64,000 nt of DNA from Mobula hypostoma. Taxonomy: Eukaryota. The notes under the pieces were generated by a model that saw nothing but the letters and a program-made list of their open reading frames with translations, did no database searches and was not told where the DNA came from. Where the stretch lies: positions 240,810,001 to 240,874,000 of the forward strand of contig NC_086097.1 in NCBI RefSeq assembly GCF_963921235.1, in the 5' to 3' direction. Position numbers and translations under genes: made by a program. Below are positions 38,703 through 51,100 of the stretch, one piece after another; the stretch's first letter is position 1, and the number at the start of each line of letters is the position of its first letter.

Positions 38703-40225
38703 AAGTGAAAGGGATTGGAGGAAAGGAGAGAGTGAAAGGGAAAAGGAGTGGGGGAAAAGGAAAAGGAGAGAGACAAGGGAAGAGGAGAGAAAGGGAAAGA
38801 ATGGGTGAGGAAAAAGGAAAAGGGGAGCAAGAAAGAGAGAATAAGGGAAGGGGAGAGGGGAAGGGGGAGAGGGAAGGGGGAGAGGGAAGGGGGAGAGGAA
38901 AGGGGGAGAGGGAAGGGGGAGAGGAAAGGGGGAGAGGAAAGGGGGAGAGGAAAGGGGGAGAGGAAAGGGGGAGAGGAAAGGGGGAGAGGAAAGGGGGAGA
39001 GGAAAGGGGGAGAGGAAAGGGGGAGAGGAAAGGGGGAGAGGAAAGGGGGAGAGGAAAGGGGGAGAGGAAAGGGGGAGAGGAAAGGGGGAGAGGAAAGGGG
39101 GAGAGGAAAGGGGGAGAGGAAAGGGGGAGAGGAAAGGGGGAGAGGAAAGGGGAGAGGAAAGGGGGAGAGGAAAGGGGGAGAGGAAAGGGGGAGAGGAAAG
39201 GGGGAGAGGAAAGGGGGAGAGGAAAGGGGGAGAGGAAAGGGGGAGAGGAAAGGGGGAGAGGAAAGGGGGAGAGGAAAGGGGGAGAGGAAAGGGGGAGAGG
39301 AAAGGGGGAGAGGAAAGGGGGAGAGGAAAGGGGGAGAGGAAAGGGGGAGAGGAAAGGGGGAGAGGAAAGGGGGAGAGGAAAGGGGGAGAGGAAAGGGGGA
39401 GAGGAAAGGGGGAGAGGAAAGGGGGAGAGGAAAGGGGGAGAGGAAAGGGGGAGAGGAAAGGGGGAGAGGAAAGGGGGAGAGGAAAGGGGGAGAGGAAAGG
39501 GGGAGAGGAAAGGGGGAGAGGAAAGGGGGAGAGGAAAGGGGGAGAGGAAAGGGGGAGAGGAAAAGGGGAGAGGAAAGGGGGAGAGTGGAGAGTGAAAGGG
39601 GAGAGTGGAGAGTGAAAGGGGAGAGGGGAGAGGGAAGAGGAGAGTGAAAGGGGAGAGGGGAAGGGGAAAGGAGAGGGAAGGGGGAAAGGAGAGGGAAGGG
39701 GAAAGGAGAGGGAAGGGGGAAAAGAGAGGGAAGGGGGAAAAGAGAGGGAAGGGGGAAAAGAGAGGGAAGGGGAAAAGAGAGGTAAGGAGGGAGAGGGGGG
39801 GAGGGAGAGGGGGAGAGGGAGAGGGGGAGAGGGAGAGGGGGAGAGGGAGAGGGGGAGAGGGGGAGAGGGAGAGGGGGAGAGGGAGAGGGGGAGAGGGAGA
39901 GGGGGAGAGGGAGAGGGGGAGAGGGAGAGGGGGAGAGGGAAAGGGGGAGAGGGAAAGGGGAGAGGGAAAGGGGAGAGGGAAAGGGGAGAGGGAAAGGGGA
40001 GAGGGAAAGGGGGAGAGGGAAAGGGGGAGAGGGAAAGGGGGAGAGGGAAAGGGGGAGAGGGAAAGGGGGAGAGGGAAAGGGGGAGAGGGAAAGGGGAGGG
40101 AAAGGGGGAGAGGGAAAGAGGGAGTGAAGAAAAAGGGAAAGGATAGAGTGAAAGGGAAAGAGGGAGTAAGGGAAAAGGAGCAATAAAAACGGAAGAGAAG
40201 AGTGAAAGGGAAAGGGGGAGTGAGA
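38620..40225. repeat. About 1.6-kb polypurine minisatellite; core unit GGAAAGGGGGAGA (13 bp) with 14-bp variants
   Basis: Directly visible; it accounts for all the long GER/PLS-rich ORFs at 38461-40289. Confidence 0.97.
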
Positions 40226-42429
40226 AATAGCCATCTAACTTCACCACCCACCTAGGCTCACACCACAAGCTCTTGGCTGGTATCCACAAAACAGTCTATG
40301 AGTAAAACCACTGCATTACTGTTGAAGGAGAACTAGCAGCATTTCTGCCGGTCGAAATGATAAAACATAAAGTAAGAGAAATAACTTCCACAGAAAACAA
40401 ATCCCAAAGATCAATCTTAAAATTATTAAATTTTGGTCCACAAATGAATCAACTAAGCAGAACAGACTTTTTAAAAAAATGATATGAATTTACTAACATC
40501 TCAGTAAGTACAAGAAGTCGAAACAGGAACTTGAATGTCTTGATTCACTGCATCTGAAGACTCAAAATCCAGACATCTAAAGGCAGTTACCCTGTCAATT
40601 AGCATCGGTGCATTATCAAGGGAAGTCTCTCGTGAGTTACTGCTTCCTGATTGAAGTAATTCTAAGCAACACATGTAGTGCCCTGCCCCCATAAAACATG
40701 TACTGCAGTTTCTTACCCAATATTCAGGAAGAAAAAAAATCACAATTATTTCAGATGTTTTGGGGGCGGGGGGGGGGAGATCCATTGTTTGGTGAGTGGA
40801 TTTTCACTTCCTCCGCTTTGTGGTACCGCGTGGCCTTGCCTAATCACAGCCTGAAGCACCAGAGACAGTGTGCATGGACGTGAAGAAAGAAAGGCTTATT
40901 CTCTGCCCAGGAACTACATACATTTCAGGAAATGAATACACGTTTTTTTTTTAAAAAGTCCTTCCAGCTTCTGAATCAACTGGCTTTAACTAAAACCTCC
41001 TTTTTGTTCGAGGGCTTTACTGCCGGTAGCCCAAGTTTTGAAACATGTTGATGCTGTTTTTGTTCGCCTCCAACTTGAATTTACTTTTCAAATCCTTCTA
41101 TAAAATTAAACTGCTACATTTCGCCATCTGAGAGTTATCAAAGTTCACATCTCAAATGAAACCATCTGAATTCTGGACTTGTTTTAACTTTCCAGCCAAA
41201 TACCCTCCCCTCTCCAGCATTCTGCTGGCTGCTTGCCACAGTGAATAATAAAGTGCTAAGCAGAAGACAGGAAATACTAGAGAAGTCAAACAATGTTATG
41301 ACAATGTTTGTAAGTTTTACAGTCAGGCCTGGCTGCACATCTGCACAACATTAGGCACTGGTCAGGCCCACAGAGAGGAAACCATTCTTTCAGCTGGCAG
41401 TGATCCGCTAAAGCCAGATGTTATCACTTTGCTGATATCTCTTCAGCAAACAAAAAAAATACTTTTTACATTTCAGAAGAGGAAATGGGAGTCTCTTGTT
41501 TTGAAGAAAAAGGAAGATAAATTAATTCTGTTGTGTAATTGATTTACCACAGCAAGAACTGAAACATGGCCTGCAGAATAGTAATTTTCTCTTGTGTGAT
41601 AAACTGAGTGTGGCAGCTGAGGAAAAGCCTCTACTTAAATGGGACCCTTAAAAGCAGGCAGTGAGAGCTTCAAGCACACTAGCCTGAGGAAGAATGGACC
41701 GAATTCAACCACCTATAAAAGTAATCAATTGGCATTCACGTATGTACACGAGAAATATTCCAATAATAATTTGCTGGACACACACTAAAAATTCTACCAG
41801 TCTTAAAGGAATTTATGACACTGATATTTAACTTAGCAGCTTATCCCTAGAGTGTTTTGTCAAATGTAATACAATCACCAGAGTCCAAAAATACTATCTG
41901 ATTTGTACCTTGATTAAAAAACCAGCTTGGTGAAAACACTTGAATGCCAGTGAGGTAAAAGGTTCTCAAAATGAGTCACTTAAAAAAAAAGAAATCCAAC
42001 GCAGCTGAGGTAATTTGGACAGCTCCTGGTAAACTGAAAGTCTTAATTTGGCATTTGACACGTCAAACACTTCAGGAAAAAGTGACTTGCAAAATCCAAT
42101 GTACTTGAAACATTCCCAAGACTATTTAAACAAAATACGAGATAAAAGTTAAAACGTGCAAAAGTATTCACCGACTTTAAGAAATAAAACTGCAGAATCA
42201 TACTTTTATAAATCTGGAAGAAGTTTCTTTTCTCTCATAAAGAGCAATAGTTGCTTTCCTCCTGCAAAAGAACACTAATCAGATAAACGCACATTTTACA
42301 GGTTGATGCAAAACAGATGTTTCCAGGAAGGAGGAATACTTCAGTATTTAGTGAGCATGGCTAGTACAGTACTAATTCAACCAGGAGACTTTTGGACTTG
42401 GTACAGTATTGCGCTATCTCAAGGAAGGG

Positions 42430-42508
42430 CAGGGTTCCCAACCATTTTAATGCCATGGAGCCCTATCATTAAACCAGGGGCCTGTGGACACCAGGTTCGG
42501 AACCCGAG
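42430..42508. mobile_element. About 80-bp hAT/Charlie-like MITE
   Basis: Imperfect TIRs cagggttcccaacc / ggttcggaacccgag, similar to MER5-type ends. Confidence 0.6.
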
Positions 42509-43642
42509 TTAGAGGTCATATTAAATACTGCTGTATTCAGCAGTAAATACAGCAGCATTTAAAATAGTAGACAAACAGTATTTTGAATTATTTAAAATAA
42601 TAGCACAATACAGTCCTTTGGCCCACCATGTTGCACCGACCTTTTAACCTACTCCAAAATCAATCTAACCCTTCCCTCCTGCATAGCCCTCCATTTTTCT
42701 ATCTATCGGACTAAGAATCTCTCAAAAGTCCCCAACACCACTAAGCTAGCTGCACATTCCGTCAAAACATACCTTTGACATCCCCCCTATTCTTTCCTCC
42801 ACTCACCTTAAAATTATGCTCCTTCGTATAAGCCACCATCTGGAAAAGAAAGTCTCTGGCTATTCACTTAATACATCTTATCATCTTGTTCTCCTCTATC
42901 AAGTCAGCTCGTACCTGCCTTTGCTCGCTCAGTTCGAATTTGCATTCCTAACATTTTTATTATTTTTTAAGATATTTATTGATTGAGATACAGCGCAGAG
43001 TTGGCTCTTCCGGTCTTTCAAGCCGTGCTGCCCAGCAAAGCCAGATTAACCCTAGCCTAATCACAGGACAATTCACAATGACCAATTAACCCACCAACCG
43101 GTAACATCTTTGGACTGAGAGAGGAAACCCACGTAGCCATGGGGAGAATGGAAAAACTCCTTACAGGCAGTGACGGGAATTGAACCTGGGTTACCGAAAC
43201 TGTATAGGGGTGTGCTGAACACTGTGCTATCATGCTGCCCTATTTTAAACTCATGGAAATAATTTAGTTAGAAAAAATATTTCCTACTCATTTTGGTCAG
43301 AACATAGAATATTACAGCACTGTACAGGCCTTTTGGCCCATAGTACTGTGCTGAGTTTTTAACCTACACCAAGATCAATCTTGCCTTCTGTCCTACATAG
43401 CTCTCCATTTTTCTATCTTCCGTGTGCCTGCCTAAAAGTTTCAAACACCCCTAATGCATCTGCTTCTACCAACGTCCCTGGCAGGCCATTCCACACACAA
43501 AGTAACAGCACAAAATATAATTTTATGGCTCTTAAGTTAGCAATGGAGCTTCAACCAGGCGGAGACAACAGAACAAGTGTGAGGGAATTAGAAATGCAAG
43601 GCAAAAGTCAACGCGGTGAAAGTTCGAGCTCCCTCGTGTCAG

Positions 43643-44446
43643 CTAATGTCAGCAAGACGAAGGAATTGGTTGTTGACTTCAGAAGGAGTAGCGTACTGCA
43701 TGACCCCATTTACATCGGTGGTGCGCAAGTGGAACAGGTCAAAAGCTTTAAGTTCCTTGGGGTCAATATCACAAATGACCTGACTTGGTCCAACCAAGCA
43801 GAGTCCACTGCTAAGAAGGCCCACCAGCATCTTTATTTCCTGAGGATACTAAGGAAATTTGGCCTGTCCCCTAAAACCCCCACTAATTTTTATAGATGCA
43901 CCATAGAAAGCATTCTTCTGGGGTGCATCACGACCTGGTATGGAAGTTGTCCTGTCCAAGACCGGAAGAAGCTGCAGAAGATCGTGAAAACAGCCCAGCA
44001 CATCACACAAACCAATCTTCCATCCGTGGACTCACTTCACACCGCACGCTGTCGGAGCAGTGCTGCCAGGATAATCAAGGAGACGACCTACCCAGCCAAC
44101 ACACTTTTCGTCCCTCTTCCCTCCGGGAGAAGGCTCAGAAGCTTGAAGACTCATACAGCCAGATTTGGGAACAGCTTCTTTCCAACTGTGGTAAGACTGC
44201 TGAACGGATCCTGACCCGGATCTGGGCCGTACTCTTCAAATATCTGGACCTGCCTCTCAGTTTTTTTGCACCACCTTACTTAACCCTTTTCTATTTTCTA
44301 TTTATGATTTATAATTTAAATTTTTAATATTTACTATCGATTTGTACTCCAGGGAGCAGGAAGAGCAGAATCAAATATTGCTGTGATGATTGCATGCTCT
44401 AGTATCAATTGTTTGGCGACAATAAAGTATAAAAGAATAAAGTATA
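43643..44446 (+). mobile_element. Young Rex1/Babar-like LINE, 5'-truncated, with an uninterrupted C-terminal ORF
   Basis: NVSKTKELVVDFRR, FKFLGVNI..DLTWS, KKAHQHLYFLR.LRKF, FYRCTIESIL.GCIT.WYG, LPSGRRLRSLKTHTARF.NSFFP (stop at 44214); tail aataaagtat; possible TSD tgtcag. Confidence 0.9.
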
Positions 44447-44569
44447 TGTCAGAATCAAGGTTATTATCACTGATATATGTTATGAAATTTGTTATTGTTA
44501 GCAGCCATCTTCTTGCACGCATGCGAATCATGGACTTTGACAGGAGAGCTGCAAAAGAAGATCTAGGCA

Positions 44570-44920
44570 ATAGAAATGAGATGCTTCAGAAGGCTCCTCA
44601 GCATCTCATATACAGAGCTTGTCTCAACCGACAAAGTACGAAGAACCATCACCTGGCACATGAGACACTATGAAGATCTACTGTCCACAGTAAAGAAGAG
44701 GGAATTGAGATGGTGTAGCCACATAACAAGATCAAGTGGACTGTCAAAGTCCATTCTTCAGGGAACGGCGCAGGGGAAAAGAAGAATTGGCAGACAGAGG
44801 AAGAAATGGACAGGCAACACTGCAGAGTGGACTGGAGGGAGCTAACCAGGCACTGGCCCACAACCGTGAGAGGTGGAGGCCACTGCTGCGACACTCATCT
44901 GGCAGGTTGTGGGATCCATA
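44570..44920 (+). mobile_element. RTE-clade LINE 3' fragment nested in a minus-strand Rex1-like tail
   Basis: EMRCFRRLLSISY...DLLSTVKKRELRW.SHITRSSGLSKSILQGT.QGKRR.GRQRKKW is a typical RTE C-terminus. Confidence 0.85.
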
Positions 44921-44924
44921 AGCT

Positions 44925-45840
44925 CAACCATAACAGTGCAATATATTAAAAAATTCTTCCAATGAGAATTTCTTTTTGAAAATTAGTTGAATAAGAGAGC
45001 TAAATAGTGAGGTAGTTTTCACGATTTCATGGACTGTTAGAAATCCGAAGGAGGAAGAGAAGAAGCAGTTCCTAAAGTGTTGGGTGTGTGTCTTTAGGCT
45101 CCTGTACTTCCTCCCTGACGGTAGCAATGCAAAGAAGGCATGTGCTAGCTGGTGGGGGTCCTTAATGATGGAAGTTGCCTTTCTGAGGCATCGTCTTTTG
45201 AAGATGTCCTCAGTGGTGGGGAGGCTGGTGCCCATGATGGAGGGGTCGCCCTTAATCTTTGTCAAGGGGATAGTTTCAATTCAGAGCAAGTTTATATTTA
45301 TTTATCAAAGTTCAAAGAAAAATTTATTATCAGAGTACATACACGTCACCGCATACAACTCCGCGTTTCTTTTTTTCTGCAGGCATACTTAACAAACCTA
45401 TAGAACAGGAGCTGTAAACAAACTATGCAAATGCAGAAATAAATAAATAGCAATAAATAACGAGCATGAAATAACAAGATAAATGAGTATAGTTATCCTC
45501 TTTTGTTAAAGAGCCCATTGGTTGAGAGGTAGTTTTTGAACCTGGTGGTGCGAGTCCTGAGGCTCCTGTACCTTCTACCTGATGGCAGCAGTGAGAAAAA
45601 GAGCGTTGCCTGGGTGATAAGGTTCTTTGATGGTGGATACTACTTTTCCACGGCAACGTTTCACGTAGATATGCTCAATGGTTGTGAGGGTTTTTACCCA
45701 TGATGTACTGGGACGAATCCACGGCCTTTTGTAGGATTTCCCACTCAAAGGCATTAGAGTTCTCATACAAGGCCATAATGCAGCCAGACAGCACACTTTC
45801 CACCACTCATCTACAGAAGTTTGTCAAGGGTTTGATGACA
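44925..45840 (-). mobile_element. Two adjacent Rex1/Babar-like LINE fragments
   Basis: ORF 44924-45265 (LPTTEDIFKRRCLRKATSIIKDPH...LPSGRKYRSLKTHT) and ORF 45575-45796. Confidence 0.8.
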
Positions 45841-46703
45841 AATGCTTTACTTATCCAACACAATGTCAAATGTTGAGCAGAAGTGGATTCGGTCGGTCTG
45901 AGCAAACTCTTTTGCGAAATGACAATTTGATAGCTTTGCCCATATTCTTTCACATTGTGTGTAACCATCTCTTTTAGTGCTTTGGATGGAAATGATCATG
46001 AGCTGAGCTGTGGTCAGACAAGTTCACTTGTTCCAAAATTCATCCCCGGTAGGGTGTGGGGACTCGGTGCGGAAGGGGCACTGTGAACCCTACTTCAGGC
46101 AACAATAAATAGAATATTTCATACTCTTTCGAAATCGGAAGTGTTAAACTGTTGCTGAAGATGCTCTGAATGACATGGTTTTCCAAAAGAAAATCGGAGC
46201 AGTACGGTAGCAGAGCAGTTAGCAACACCAGCAACTAGGGTTCAATTCCTGCCACTGCCAGAAGGAGTTTGTACATCCTCCCACATTCCACAAAGAAATT
46301 AACTGGGCAGTGTGGGCTCGTTGGCCAGAAGGGCCTGTTACAGTGCTGAAATCTCTTTTAAAAAAAATACTAAGAAGGGTGGTAACATATTTTGCTGGAG
46401 TTCCAATGCACAACCTATGAATATTTCTCCTTACTTGGGGAATGGAAACAGGAAGACTATACCATAATCTTCATAAATTCCCTCAGCATAACTAGCCAAC
46501 ACACAACTGATTTCTTTATGGACTCACTTTCCAGAATCCTGCAACTCATGTTCTCTATATTATACATTTATTTATTTATTATCATCATCATTTGTTTCTT
46601 TTTCTGTATTTGTGCAGTTCTGCTTCTTTGGCACATTGGTTACATCAATCATTGTGTCCAGCTTTTTTGAGGAAACAGTACAGTACAATACATAAACTTA
46701 CTA

Positions 46704-46761
46704 CAGTACTGTGCAAAAGCTCTTAGGCACTATATATATCTCAAACTTTTGCACAGCATTG
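46704..46761. mobile_element. Second copy of the tiny Tc1/mariner-type MITE
   Basis: cagtactgtgcaaaag...cttttgcacagcattg, flanked by TA. Confidence 0.7.
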
Positions 46762-47594
46762 TAAATAAACAATGAGAACATGAGTTGTAGAGTACTTGAA
46801 AGTGAGTCTAAACGTTTTGAAATCAGTTCAGAATTGCGATGAGTGAAGTTATCCACGCTGGTTCAGGAGCCTGATGGTTGTGAGCTAATACTTGAAGGGT
46901 AAATGTTATGTTATTCACCTCTCCACACAGACCAACTATAAAAACACAGAATTTTAGACTAATAAAAAACTTGCATTATAAAAAGAGGAGCAGGGAAATT
47001 GACTGCATCGTGGGGTAAGCCTCATGCAGCTTGCTTTATCAGATACAGAAGTGGGCAGTTACATTAACTTTGATTGAAACAGGAATTAAATTAAAGAACA
47101 GCTCTTTTAACTAAATTGGATTACTGTTCGCCAGGAATTAAACTATACTTGTCTGGGACAGCGTTTGGAACTGTAAGAGAGAAATCACAAAAGACCACTG
47201 GTATCAATACGCAAAACCCAAAAGAGTCTACAGTGCAATTTTGTTTTAAATTTAGCATTAACCACAATTTCCTGTCATTTTAAAAGTTTATTTACTCCAA
47301 AAATAAAAAACGATGTTTTCAATTTTATCAAAGCTACTGTTGGTTACCGGACATGTCCCCTGATCATCAGCACTAAACAAACACTGCGTTCAACAGTGCA
47401 TTGTACTTTGTCAATGAAGCTTACTCTGTTGACTTCAAAAAGGATAAATTTTGAAGTAAGACTACAACGCACCAACATGGCAATGTGAAACAGCAAACGC
47501 AGGCAACCAGAGATTCATTCCAGGCAACTACAGCAGACAAATGTACGCCTCCAAATCAGTTTCATAACATAACCAAATAAATTTAGCAAGAATT

Positions 47595-48120
47595 TGAAAT
47601 GATGCTCTGGTCGCCCCACGATACGAATGATGTTGAGCTTTTGGAGAGGGTGCAGAAGATGTTTACCAGGATGTTACCTGGTTTATCACAAGAGGCTGGA
47701 CAAGTCGGGTTGTTTTCTCTGGAGCAGCAGAAGCTGAGGAGAGATCTGATAAGGGTTTATAAGATTATGAGGAGCATAGATAGAGTGGAGTAGATAGAGA
47801 GCATCTATTTCCCAGGGTTGAAATGTCTAATACCACATGGCGTGCGTTGAAGGGGGTGAGAGGGGGTACATTCAAAGGGGATGTGAGGGGTAAGTTTTTA
47901 ACTCAAGAGAGTGGTGGATGCCTGCCTGGTAGTAGTAGAGGCAAATACATTAGAGGCTTTTATGGGACATTGAGATACTGAGGAAGATGGAGGAATATGG
48001 ACATTGTATAGGGAGGAGGGATTAGTTGGTGTTTTTCTAATTTGCTTTTTGGCTGGTTTGGTACAATATTGTGGGCTGAGGGGCTTGTTCCTGTGCTGTA
48101 TTGTTCTATATTCTATGTTC
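47595..48120 (+). mobile_element. CR1 LINE 3' fragment
   Basis: WSPH...DVELLERVQKMFTRMLPGL; ends in a ttctatattctatgttct tail. Confidence 0.85.
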
Positions 48121-51100
48121 TAATGTACCGATTAGTGTCCAAGAAATGACTCCTTAACATCCTGCCCAAGTATCTACTTTCACTTCCAACCCCATAACTT
48201 TCCAGGGTGGTACTGTTACACAGCAGTTAGTACTATACTTTACAGCTCGCCCGCAAAATCAGGGTTCAATTCCCGTTGCTGTCTATAAGGAGTTTGTACA
48301 TTTTCCCCATGTGTTTCCTCTGCATCCTCCCACATTCCAAAGAAATCAGGTTAGGGTTTATGAGTTCTGGACGTGCCACGTTGACACTGGATGCATGGCG
48401 ACATTTGCGGGCTGTCCCCAGCACCTACTTGGCGGAAATGACACATTTCACTTTTCGGTGTACGTGACAAATAAAGCTAGTCTTAAAAAAAATCAGTGTG
48501 AACATCTCCACTCGTACTTGTTGTACAACTGTAGAGGAAGAGATTAAGTTTCCATCCTATATTAATAATCGATTACAAAAATTTAAAAATCTGTTTCTTG
48601 ACACATCAGTTTTCCAATTTAAAAGGGTGCTTTCATTATAAACATTTCACTGAGCACCAAACGCATTTGAAAAAGGGTAGAGGGAGAGATTAGTTTTTCT
48701 GGAATTTTCTTGCAGTTTCTTGCTGTGGCACAGTAGCTTAGTTTTTGCAGCGGTGCTATTACAGTTCCGGTGACCCCGGTTTGATTCCCGCCACCGTCTG
48801 CACGTAGTTTGCAGATGCTCCCTGTGACTACGTGTGTTTTTTCTGGGTGCTCCCACATTCCAAAGATGTACAGATGAGTGGGTTCTTTGGTCAAATGGGT
48901 ATAATTGGTCTCACTGGGCCAGAAAGGCCTGTTACCGCACTGTAACTCTAAATAAAAAAAAGAACAAAATGGGAATTTTTGTTTTAAATAAAAGAGCAAT
49001 AGCTTCCCACTCCAAAGTGATGCTGTCTGCAGTTGAGGTTGTAGGAAATGATGCAGCTTCAATCTGACACACTATAGCCACCAGATGTTTGGCTATACAG
49101 CGCAGCCCAGAGCTTCTAGTTTCTTCTCACAGCTTGCTGTTTATGTTCACCAATGTGAACAGCCAACAAAGATTTTAATAAAGTTAAAATCTCTGCAGGG
49201 AGTGTTACAAATATTGACTCATTAAGCTGTTAAAACTGAAATATAAAAGTTCCACCAAAGGACTTTGTCTCTATAAGTATAATTTTGACGATTTTTTTTA
49301 ATATTATGCTCCAGTCACGTTATTTTATCTTCATTAGTGCTGCTATCAACTTCCTCAGCCTATTAATGATAAAGATTAGTTTTACTAATACATCGAAACA
49401 TACAGTGAAATGAGTCATTTGTGCCAAATCAAATCAATGAGGGTCTTGATCCGAACCGTCGACTGCTTACTCTTTTCCATTGACGCCGCCTGACCTGCTA
49501 AGTTCCTCCAGCATTCTGTGTGCGTTGCTTTGGATTTCCAGCATCTGCAGATTCCCTCGTGTTAGTGAGGGGCAGCCCGCAAGTGCCACCACAATTCCGG
49601 CAGCAACACAGCTCAATAATCCTGACTGCAAGTCTTCGGACTGTGGGAGGAAACCGGACACGCTCCTCACTGACAGCGGCTGTAATTGAACCCCGATCGG
49701 CAAGCATTGGCACAGTAAGGCAATTGCACTAACTGCTGCACTCCTAATTAATTAAATTGCTTTAAATTGAGCAAAACTACAATTTAACATCAAGTCTAAT
49801 TTAGTTTTTTTTTCCAGTATGAATCAGTTTACTGGTACACTGCTGGTGTGAAACATAACTTTATAAACTTCTGTATTGATGACACTGCCTATATTTTGCC
49901 TCTGTGGTAAATCCTATTTTCATGAGAGAATCTCAAAATGAAGATTCAATTTGTGAGCAGCACAACAGTTTAATACATAACGATATTTGCAAAATACTGT
50001 GTCTCTCACCCTTTTTGGATGGCATCAACTGACAAATATAAAACACCATATCAAATTAGTTTTCATCTATGATACAGTACTTCGAAGTGCAAGTTAGATC
50101 CAAGTTATACAAGGATCTCACTTAATGACAAAATATTAAATACCAAGTCAATGGCATCACTCAATAGAAGTAGTTTGCAGGACAGGTGATTATACAGTAG
50201 TTTCATGTTTCAGATGAAATTTATTAATAAAAATTTACATACTTTATCTACCAGGCTTTAGAGCTTTGGTCTTTAGGGACTGCCAAACCTCCACGTTTCA
50301 ACCAACAAAGTAAGCCCTTAGAAAGATTTGTTACCTCTATAAATATTTTAAATATGAAATGTTCTTCTGTATGAAATTTGAAAGTAATAATAAATCATTA
50401 AGAATCAATCATTCGTAAAACTAGTTTGAATCAATCTGTGAGCAGTTGCTGATAGGTACAATGTGCAGCTGGGGTTGAATAGTTGGTTTAAAAATGAATG
50501 TTTTACAGATGGACAGCACTAGTTCCTTGTCTTTGTTTCTGTTCTTGCAGACAGCAATTTAACTTATCAAGATCATGCTGATGCATTTTAAGGCTGAAGC
50601 CTGCGATCTGATCTCTTTCTCCGATTAGCATTGAATCGGTGTTAATGAGGAAGAGGTAGTCAGCGAATCCAGTGGTAACTTTGTTGGCTCAGAATTAATG
50701 AATCGTGGAATAGTAATTGCAATCGGGAACAGTAAAGAATTAATCTAAAACATGGAGAAAGAAAGGAAACACGTAGGGATTGTATGACTGAGGAGAGAAA
50801 AAAATAGAACAATTTCCAAATCATACACAGTGAAAGAAATTTTAAATACGTCACCAACCTCGCAACACCACGTTAGAAAATAAATTTTTAAAGCAACACT
50901 CAATAAATGGTGATAGATCACTGATCAACCTGAATTTCTAGCTATAAATAATATTCAGAATTAAAAGATTTAGTGTGGCGTAGAATTCAATTTAAAAAAA
51001 GCAAACATATACAGAAACTTTGGTAACTTGAAGAATAGCAACATTTTTCCACTTCAAAATATCTTTTTCCTGGAGTCGGTTGGTAATATGCGACCCAAAT

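Noticed and set aside
38461..40289. Long ORFs of about 190-565 aa on both strands
   Set aside because: Translations of a stop-free GA minisatellite; no domain content.
43381..44214. 277-aa ORF as a host gene (such peptides are often mis-annotated as ALKBH8/DUF1891)
   Set aside because: The last 190 aa or so are a Rex1/Babar-like LINE C-terminus found in many decayed copies in this window; the N-terminal part is chance read-through from flanking DNA.
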